Shown here in pieces: positions 20,041-28,117 of a stretch of 32,000 nt of DNA. Numbering within the stretch: position 1 is the stretch's first letter; the number at the start of each line of letters is the position of its first letter. The notes under the pieces were generated by a model, which made no database searches, had not been told where the DNA came from, and was given only the letters and a program-made list of their open reading frames with translations. The position numbers were made by a program, and so were the translations under genes. The DNA is from Desulfobulbus propionicus DSM 2032. GTDB taxonomy: Bacteria > Desulfobacterota > Desulfobulbia > Desulfobulbales > Desulfobulbaceae. Where the stretch lies: NCBI RefSeq assembly GCF_000186885.1, contig NC_014972.1, positions 3,540,001 through 3,572,000 of the forward strand. The letters are read 5' to 3'.

Positions 20041-21048
20041 CTACTCCTCCTTGACGCGGCACTGCGCAAAGCGCACCAGGCCCAGCCGCTGCTGCCGCCG
20101 CTTCCCCAGCATGGCCCCGCCTACCAGCAGCAGGGTACCGCCGAGACCGAGCCCGGCCCAGACCATGTAACCAGCCACATGGCTGGTCCACTCCGGCCGG
20201 TTACGGAAGATGATCATCGGCAGGGTGGCGACATGGAGGGCCTGATGTTCCGGGTCTTCGACCCTGACCACATAGAGCAGCTTATCGTAGTGGAGCTGCT
20301 TAGAGCGGTCGTCAAAGGGAATGACTGTGAAGCGGCCGGAGGCATCGGTACGATAGCTCCGGCGCCAGCCGCTGCCCTCGGCAATCGCCTCGACCATGGC
20401 CCCGGCCAGGGGACGCCCCTGATAGCGTACCTCCATGCCATACTCCTCGTGCGGGCGCTGGAAACCGCCCCCCATGCGGTACATGGCCGGTGAACGGGCT
20501 GAACCGATCTCCAGGGCGATGGCGGGATCCTCGAAGAAGAAGGCCGGGGCCGATCCGGGACGTCCGTCATGCTTGTAATGGCCGACCATCAGCTTGGGAT
20601 AGAGGTGGAGCCGTTGCCGACCACCATTCCCATCAAGCTGAAAATGACCACCCACCAGATAGCGGCCATTGAGGTTGAGGTCCTCAGGCAGGACGATTTC
20701 CCGCATGTCCGGGCTTACCGTTGTTGCCTTGCGGACTCCGTCCGGATCGCAGATGACCACCGTACCCGCCGGCAGCAGGGCCTCGGCCTCCTGCCCCATG
20801 GCGATGAAGGGATCGGCCAATACGCCCCGCACCAGTTCCAGGTGTTTGGGTTTCTCCTGGACACTCTGTCGCTGTTCGCGCTCCTCTCGGATCTGTCGCC
20901 AGTTGAGGTTGTCCATCGCAAAACGGTAGACGTGGAGGCCTTCCTGTTGCAGTTGCCAATAGAGGAGTTTGGGCGCATCTGCGCCAGAGCCAATTTGGGG
21001 AACAAACCCTACTATTATCAAGAGGAAAAAACGTAGCGGCCCCTTCAT
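20041..21048 (-). CDS. Exported DUF4198/carboxypeptidase-regulatory-like protein with C-terminal TM anchor
   Basis: Signal peptide (MKGPLRFFLLIIVGFVPQIGSGAD), GRPLAGAMVEAI...YRTDASGRFTVIPFDD, C-terminal TM GYMVWAGLGLGGTLLLVGGAML. Overlaps the cobN stop codon (ATGA). Confidence 0.6.
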   Translation of the reverse strand: MKGPLRFFLLIIVGFVPQIGSGADAPKLLYWQLQQEGLHVYRFAMDNLNWRQIREEREQRQSVQEKPKHLELVRGVLADPFIAMGQEAEALLPAGTVVICDPDGVRKATTVSPDMREIVLPEDLNLNGRYLVGGHFQLDGNGGRQRLHLYPKLMVGHYKHDGRPGSAPAFFFEDPAIALEIGSARSPAMYRMGGGFQRPHEEYGMEVRYQGRPLAGAMVEAIAEGSGWRRSYRTDASGRFTVIPFDDRSKQLHYDKLLYVVRVEDPEHQALHVATLPMIIFRNRPEWTSHVAGYMVWAGLGLGGTLLLVGGAMLGKRRQQRLGLVRFAQCRVKEE

Positions 21049-24000
21049 TGTCCCAGCCTCTCCAGACGCCATACCGGTCGCCACTTCTCGACATCAGCAG
21101 CGGTCATGACCTCAACCTTGGAGCCCTGGAACTCCTCGCGTACCTCGCCGATACTTTCCTCCATGTCACCCTCGATTAACAGCGCCGCCTCCTGCACTGC
21201 GGCCAGCCGTTCGGCATCGGCCTGCCACAGGCCCCGGCTCTGGGCTTCAAGCAGACGGCGGGTGATCTCCTCCAGGCCGTAGGGGTTTTCGCGGCGCAGC
21301 CATTCTAGATTGGTCTGATCCTGAATGTAGGTGGTCACCACCCGGTCAAAGACCCAACCGGCCACGGTTTCGGTGGTGGCACTCCATTTGAACAGGGTGT
21401 TGACCCGGCCGGCCACCTCGCCCGCGCCCTGGTAGCCCTCCTGTTGGCGCTGATCGATCCAGTGCGGGTTGAGCAGTTTGGCCATGGTCGTGGCCTCCAG
21501 ATCTTCCTGAAAGTCCCGCACCGAATGATCGGCCTCGCTGTTGTTGTCGGCAAAGTAGATCCGGGCCCGTTTGCCGGTCAAGGCCTTGGCCGCCACCGAC
21601 ATGCCGCCGAGACAACCGGTGTAGCAACTACAGTCGGTGGCATCGTACTCCGGCGAGGCTTGGCGCATATAGCTCACCTCCACATCTTTGAGGCGGGCGG
21701 CAAAGAGGCGATGCGCCGCCACGCCCTGAACACGTTCAAACCCACTGATCCGGTCCGAACCGTAGGCAAAGCCACTCCAGTTGATATAGGTCTCGGCCAA
21801 ATCGGCCTCATCGTTCCAGGCTGAAGCATCCAAAGCCAGACCAACCCCGGTGCCGCTGGCCCCAGGAGCCGAAGAAAAGACCCGGAAGCTGGCCATTCGC
21901 CGCAGTTCTTCGCCGCTGTGCTGCTCACCCAGTTCCCGGCGTAACTCGTCGAGTTGTTCCAGGGTGTGTTTGCGGATGAAATTCTGTTCAATCGGTTCAG
22001 GCAGATCCCCGGCCATGACGGCGGCCTCGTCGAGCAGGTCAGCAAAGTGCGGCACCATGTCGCGGAGGATGGAACTGGTCTGGATGACCACATCCACCCG
22101 CGGCCGGAGCACACCGGGGCCGTCGGTGCGATCCAGTTGCAGTACGTGCAAGGGGATGGGTTCAACTCCGCAGACCCGGCCGTTTGCTTGCCAGAGAGGC
22201 CGCATACCCATCAGGGCCAGGATCTGGCAGAAGACCTCGCCGTCGGACTTGAAGGCATCGATGCTCCACAGGCTGATGCCCACGCTCTCGGGGAAACGCC
22301 CCTCGTCCTCGAGGTATTTGCGCAAAAGATTATCCGAGAGCGCCTGTCCCACCTCCCAGGCGGCCCGCGTGGGGAGGGCGGCAACATCGCTGGTGAAAAA
22401 ATTGCGCCCCGTGGGAAGGGCCTCGGTCTTGCCCAGGGCCAGGGAGCCACAGAGGCCCGGCTCGATGTACTCGCCGTCCAGGGCGCGAAGCAGTTGACCA
22501 ATCTCACGGGTGCAAAGGCCGATGCGGCCCCCCACATCCTGGCACCAATCCAGGAGTCGGCGAAACGGTTGCTGGCCGGGCTCCGCTTTGCAGCCGTCCT
22601 TTGTCGTTGTCAGCAACCATTCGAGCACGGCCACGGCATCGTCAAACGCATTGCCCGAGGACGGCTGATGATGGGCAGCGATCTCCGCCAACAGGGGCAG
22701 GCCGTCCACTGGTTTGCCAAGGATGGTGGCCAACAGAGTGGCAATGCCGTGGCTGTCCGGGGCTGTTCCCAACAGATGTGGGCCGGTGGCAGAAAGGACG
22801 CGTCGGCTCCGGCCAATCCGGCGGGAGAGCAGCTCCATTGCCCGATCAAAATCCTCCTCCCCTTCCAGACCGCCCATTTGCTGCATCAGCGGCTGCATTC
22901 GTGCCCGCAGCACCTGCTGCCGCTGGTTTTCCCCGTGCAGTTTTGCCTTCTGGTACTGGTCAAGCAGGTCTTCCAACTCCAGGGTCATGGCATCCAGCGG
23001 CGCCGGCCGACGAACCGGGCAGAGATGATCGACCATCACCGCCCTGGCCCGCCGCTTGGCCATCAGCCCTTCGCCCGGCACATCCATGATGTAGAGGTAG
23101 ATGTTGGGCAGATCGCCCAGGCTTATCTCCGGAAAACAGGCTGCCGAGAGTCCGACCTGCTTGCCCGGCAAAAATTCGAGCGCCCCATGGGCACCGAAAT
23201 GGAGCACCGCATCCGAGGTGGCACGGATATAGGCGTAGGTGGCCAACCAGTGTGGTGGTGGCGAGAGGTGCGGATCATGGAGGATGCGGCAGACCTCGCC
23301 GTTGCACTTGGCTCCGTAGCAGCCGCGCTTGGGCTGGACAATGATCTGGAGATGACCAAAGCGCAGGCCGGTCACCAACAAAGTGGCCTGGCCGTCTTGC
23401 CGGTACACCATGCCCTCGCCGGGAAAGCGGCCCCAGTCGTTTTCAACCCGCTGCCTGGCCGCCTCGGGCATATCTGTTAGTAATTGCAGGTATTCCTCCG
23501 CATCCACCCGGTGCAGCACCCCACCCTTGGCCACGATCTCGTCGGTGGTGGTCCAACGGAACTCGGAGATGGCCTTGCGTGCGAGCAGCAGATCGAGCAG
23601 TGCTTTGCCGTCCTCCGGGGCATTGCCGGTATCGTAGCCCGCCTCGCGCAGGGCGGTGATCAGGGCCGCCAGACTGGCAAAGGTATCCAGACCGGCGGCC
23701 AGCCCCAGGGTGGCTTCCACGCCCTTGCAGGGATTGTTGTGCAGCACAATGGTCAGCCGCTTTTCATCATTGTCGAGCAGGCGTAGGCGGATCCAGCGAT
23801 GCAGCCGCAGGCAGAGCCGCTCGATCTGTTCCGGCAGAGGGATATATCGTCGCAGCAACAGCCCGGTGACGGGATCGGTTTCCCCTCTGGTGGCAGCCAC
23901 GGCGGTGGGCTCGATCACTCCGGCCATCTCCGGCTGGGTGAGGCTGAAAACCATGGATGCGGCGCCCGCCCCCGCGCCGGTGACATCCTGGCGCCACTGC

Positions 24001-24821
24001 TCGGGCGTTTGCTGGTAGAGACGCAGCAGTTGCACCACCGGCAGATTCAGTTCCTTCAGGATGGTGACATCCTCGGGCTGGGTGAGAAGGCGGCCGGCAA
24101 GAAGGTTGAGCAGCAACTGCGGCGCTGCGCCCCGCAGATACTCCAGCCAGGGATACCGTTGCTCCGGGGGCAGGCTGCTGTCAGTCATGCCCTCGGTGAC
24201 CACACACAGCGGCGTTAGGGCCTGGCATTCCAGGGCCTGGATGAGGGCGTCGATTTCAGCGTGGTTGTTCTCGACAATCTGTCCGTAATAACAGAGCAAC
24301 GCCACCAGGGGCCGCTTGACGGTGTCGCTGATGCGGCTGCACTGCCAGCGCAGATAGTCGCTGGTATCAAAGAAAAACGTATCGTGTTCAGCATGATAGA
24401 TGCCGCAGGTCCGTACCTGCTCCGGCGGATCGATGTGGTGATCCGTTCCCGTGGCGCAAGCGACGAGAAAATGGATCCCATTGACAAAGTTGGCCAGCGA
24501 AACCTGCTCCAGATAGGCGGAAAATCGCACGGCCTGCTTCGCAGTGAAAGTGGTGAAGCCGGGTTGCCGCTGCGGCCCGAGATCGATGCGGTGCGGCAGT
24601 GAGCTTGCCGCCTCCAGCAGCGCCTCATACTGCGGTAAATCGCGAAACAACTGGACAATGCAGAGATCAGCCCAACCGCTTGCCATCAGCTTAATTGCCT
24701 CCCCGGCCTTGACATGCTGGGCATAAAAGCGCAGCTCAACCCCCTCGGCGAGCAACAGGGCGTATGCACGGGACCAAGTCTGGGTCTGGAACATCTGTCC
24801 GTGGACAAAGAGAATCTTCAT
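21045..24821 (-). CDS. cobN: CobN/magnesium-chelatase large-subunit family protein
   Basis: 1258 aa; [122 protein letters not shown]. ATG at 24819-24821 overlaps the nitrilase stop. Confidence 0.9.
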   Translation of the reverse strand: [1258 protein letters not shown]

Positions 24822-26386
24822 GTCAAGCCTCCTGGTTGAGCAATGGCCCACCGGTCAAGAGGCACCTGGTGATTTGGCGAGTAGTGCCGCAACAGTGTTG
24901 GGTAATCGATTCTGTCCTGGAAGCGCTTCACCCTTGTTTTTCTGGTATCAAGGATGACGCCACCGTTTTCTCCCTGCTGAACAAGGGTTTCCTGCCAGCG
25001 TTGGTGGCCTTCCGGGGGTAACCATATCCCCGCCCCCCCGGCTGAGATCACCACCACCGCCACCTGTTCGACGGTACGGGCTCCACCAAGCAATTGGACC
25101 GCATCGGTGAATGAACGGCTGAAAATAACGACCACATCAGCACCCTCTTTGGCACAGGCCAACACCATTTCCGGGTGATAGAGCGCTCTTTCCGGCAAAA
25201 GATGAATCCTTGCAGGCCCGCAATCGCAACAGGGGAAAGGAATGGGCATTGCAACAGAGTCGCTGAAAACACCTAAAGAGAAAGGCCTCGTGTGACCATC
25301 AAACCAATAAACAGCCTTCACCGCCTCCATTGTTCGCACAAGCAGAATTTTCTGCCCCTGGGATACGCACCAATCATGTAAGTTGGCCATGTCGGCATCA
25401 TCGTAATCGTTGATCGGAAGGAGGTGGAGCGTATCGGCACCCCCCTCCGAGTTCGGGTTCGTGTTTCTGATTGGCGGGATAGCACCTGCCTGTTCAGAAC
25501 AGTGACATCGAACCTCCAACTTCCCAGGCGGAGGCAAATGGAGAAATGTTGTCAAATCATCGATCCCAGTTCTGTTGAGCGTACAGGGATGAACGTGGTC
25601 AGTACTCCTTGAAGTCAGACGCTTGAGGCGATTGCCGGAGAGCAGTTTGTGGTCCGCATTGAGGGGCAAATTAATCCGCAGCAGCTTCGAGGTTCGGGAA
25701 CATTTCTGGAGTTGCACGATTCCTTGTGGACTGACGATGGCCGAAGGGGCGTGCCGGCAATCCATGAGCAGATCCTTGCCGGTGCGGTTGCAGGCAAGGA
25801 CGAACAGCCCATTTTCCAAGGCCCTAGCTCGCCATATTTCCAAGGGATCAAGTCCCAATGGAGGCCAGTTAGCGAGCACGAGTAACAGATTGGCGCCGCG
25901 AAGAGCCGTGACTCTTGCCATGAGACTATGATACGAGTCGGAGCAGATCAGTACCCCCATCCGTCCCCAAGGGGTATCAAATGTATTGTTTTCATAGGGA
26001 TTACCAGGACAGGCCCAACGGAATTCAGCATTCATCTTCCGATAGCGACAAACAATTTCTCCTTCCGCATCAAGGACAAATGCGCTGTTGTAGAGAATGC
26101 CATTTGCCGGGTCTCGCTCTGCCATGCCAATACAAGCGTACATGCCGTAATGACGGCAGATCTTACCGACCTCCGACAGGGTTGGGCCATCAACGGCTTC
26201 GACGTAGGGTGCGACATCCCGCATGTCGGCAAAAGAATATCCGGAGATAACCATTTCAGGGGCCACAACCATCTGTACCCCTTTTTTCCCGGCCACATGG
26301 CAGAGGTCCAGCAACTGCTGCCGGTTGGCCTCGGGCTGTTTGTATTCAACGGATAGATGCATCAAACCGAACTTCAGAAAAGCCAT
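24818..26386 (-). CDS. Carbon-nitrogen hydrolase (nitrilase superfamily), with an apparently degenerate second nitrilase-like domain
   Basis: N-terminal VVAPEMVISGY...VCRYRKMNAEF...WGRMGVLICSDSYH (Glu-Lys-Cys). C-terminal half AGTIP-like fold echo: LPERALYHPEMVLACAKEGADVVVIFSRS...VEQVAVVVISAGGAGIWLPPEG. ATG at 26384-26386. Confidence 0.82.
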   Translation of the reverse strand: MAFLKFGLMHLSVEYKQPEANRQQLLDLCHVAGKKGVQMVVAPEMVISGYSFADMRDVAPYVEAVDGPTLSEVGKICRHYGMYACIGMAERDPANGILYNSAFVLDAEGEIVCRYRKMNAEFRWACPGNPYENNTFDTPWGRMGVLICSDSYHSLMARVTALRGANLLLVLANWPPLGLDPLEIWRARALENGLFVLACNRTGKDLLMDCRHAPSAIVSPQGIVQLQKCSRTSKLLRINLPLNADHKLLSGNRLKRLTSRSTDHVHPCTLNRTGIDDLTTFLHLPPPGKLEVRCHCSEQAGAIPPIRNTNPNSEGGADTLHLLPINDYDDADMANLHDWCVSQGQKILLVRTMEAVKAVYWFDGHTRPFSLGVFSDSVAMPIPFPCCDCGPARIHLLPERALYHPEMVLACAKEGADVVVIFSRSFTDAVQLLGGARTVEQVAVVVISAGGAGIWLPPEGHQRWQETLVQQGENGGVILDTRKTRVKRFQDRIDYPTLLRHYSPNHQVPLDRWAIAQPGGLT

Positions 26387-26438
26387 GATCTGCTCCAATT
26401 ACGTCTGAACCATAGTGCAATGACCTTGATACACCTTT

Positions 26439-27494
26439 CTATTGATCCGCCATGCTGGCAGAAGCCAACGTTTGATACAAGGTGCAGGCCAGCGTGCGAA
26501 CGACTGGGGGATTGTACAACAGACGGCTGGGGCAATCATTGGGGCAACAGCCCGACAATGGGCACTCACCACAGTCCTGGCCGAAGGTTGATAGCTCCGC
26601 GGAAAGGATAACTGAGGAATAGTTCGCTTCCGGATCGATCACAAAGCGTTCGTCGCCCAGGGTCTGGTTGCAAGGGAACCAGCGGCCATCAGGATGAACC
26701 GCCAAGCTACCCCCTTGCGCTGCTTGACAGAAATTGCGGGGAGCCATTCGCCGATCACGGTGAAGCATCCGCCGTACCAGATCCCATTCGCGCAGCCGTA
26801 GTGGTATCTTCCGCTGCGTATTGATGGCTGCCAATGCCTTGGTCAGGGAACAAACGCCACCTTTCAGTGCTTCCGCTGTCGCAGGAATAGGTTTATATTC
26901 CACATTCTCGGCCGAGCCCTTCTTCACCAAGAGGTCAAGGCCGATCCCCCTGGCTTGACGGAAGGCAGAGAGTAACCAGGCCAGGCGGTCCAACTGCCCC
27001 ACGTTCTCACCTGAGACCACGGCAGTGACTCGGAAGGGGATTTGCTCCGACTCTAGCAGCATCAGCCCGCGGAGGGTCTCGGCAGCTTGGCCGCGCAAGG
27101 ATTGTTGTGTCTTGGGTGAACCATCAAGGCTGATGCCCACCTGGAGACCAAAGGTGCGACACAGTTCGATCACCTCGGGCGTCAAACAGGTACCATTACT
27201 TTGCAGTCCCATGGTGTACGGTCGCGACAGGCTCCTTGCCCGTTCACAGGCCTCTTCGATCAGATCCGGCACCAGGCAGGGTTCGCCCCCGGTCAGCTGA
27301 ATGTGCAACGGCCCGGAGCCGGAAGCCGCACGGGCAAAGGCACGCTCAAGAGTGGCACTGCCCATATCCTGCCGTCCCGGAGTATCACCATGATAGCAGT
27401 AGCGGCAACGCAGGTTACAGCGGGTGGTCAGGGCAAGAATCAGATAGTTGATTGATTGGGGGACAGCCGAGTGCGGCAAGGGAGGGGGCTTCAA
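26439..27494 (-). CDS. Radical SAM protein with SPASM-like C-terminal cysteines
   Basis: LTTRCNLRCRYCYH (CxxxCxxC), LTGGEPCL, VGISLDGSPKTQQSLRG; C-terminus NFCQAAQGG..VHPDGRWFPCNQTLG...CGECPLSGCCPNDCPSR. TTG start at 27492-27494 overlaps the cobO stop. Confidence 0.88.
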   Translation of the reverse strand: MKPPPLPHSAVPQSINYLILALTTRCNLRCRYCYHGDTPGRQDMGSATLERAFARAASGSGPLHIQLTGGEPCLVPDLIEEACERARSLSRPYTMGLQSNGTCLTPEVIELCRTFGLQVGISLDGSPKTQQSLRGQAAETLRGLMLLESEQIPFRVTAVVSGENVGQLDRLAWLLSAFRQARGIGLDLLVKKGSAENVEYKPIPATAEALKGGVCSLTKALAAINTQRKIPLRLREWDLVRRMLHRDRRMAPRNFCQAAQGGSLAVHPDGRWFPCNQTLGDERFVIDPEANYSSVILSAELSTFGQDCGECPLSGCCPNDCPSRLLYNPPVVRTLACTLYQTLASASMADQ

Positions 27495-28012
27495 AACTCG
27501 ATCCCCTTCTGGGCCTTGATGCCGCTCTTCAGGGGATGCTTGACCACCCGCATCTCGGTGACGAGATCAGCCGCCTCAATGAGGGCTTGCGGGGCGTAAC
27601 GACCGGTGATCAACACATGCTGCTCGGCACGGCGCGATGCAAGAAACTCCAGGCAGGGTGCAATCTCCAACATACGGTAATGGAGCAGGTAGGTGAACTC
27701 ATCAAGCACCACCAGATGATACTGGCCGCTGTCGATGGCCTGGCAGGCCAGGGCCCAGCCCTCACGGGCTAGGCGGATGTCCTCCTCCAGGCTCTCCGAT
27801 TTCCAGGTAAACCCACGTCCCATGACGTGCAAATCGATGCAATCATCAAAGCGTTTGACCGCCTCCAACTCGCCGTAGCGCCAACTGCCCTTGATGAACT
27901 GGATGAAACAGACCCGCAGCCCATGGCCCGCTGTCCGCAGGGCCATGCCTAGCGCAGCGGTGGTTTTGCCTTTGCCGTCGCCGGTGTGGATGATCAGTAA
28001 GCCTTTGGTCAT
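27491..28012 (-). CDS. cobO: Corrinoid adenosyltransferase (CobO/BtuR family)
   Basis: GLLIIHTGDGKGKTTAALGMALRTAGHGLRVCFIQFIKG, GFTW, LVVLDEFTYLL, VLITGRYAP, HPLKSGIKAQKGIEF. ATG at 28010-28012. Confidence 0.95.
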   Translation of the reverse strand: MTKGLLIIHTGDGKGKTTAALGMALRTAGHGLRVCFIQFIKGSWRYGELEAVKRFDDCIDLHVMGRGFTWKSESLEEDIRLAREGWALACQAIDSGQYHLVVLDEFTYLLHYRMLEIAPCLEFLASRRAEQHVLITGRYAPQALIEAADLVTEMRVVKHPLKSGIKAQKGIEF

Positions 28013-28068
28013 TGGTGATTCCTTATTCCTGGAACGAATCGGTCTTTGCAAAGCGGCCATGCCGCCCT

Positions 28069-28108
28069 CTCACCCGGCAATCGATAAGCGTCCCGGTTGC
28101 CGGGTGAG
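28069..28108. repeat. Intercistronic hairpin between btuB-like gene and cobO
   Basis: Perfect 12 bp inverted repeat CTCACCCGGCAA (28069-28080) / TTGCCGGGTGAG (28097-28108), 16 nt loop, no T-tract on either side. Confidence 0.8.
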
Positions 28109-28117
28109 TTGCTGGAT

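Noticed and set aside
21954-23480. 508 aa plus-strand ORF
   Set aside because: Antisense shadow of cobN, with no recognisable motifs.
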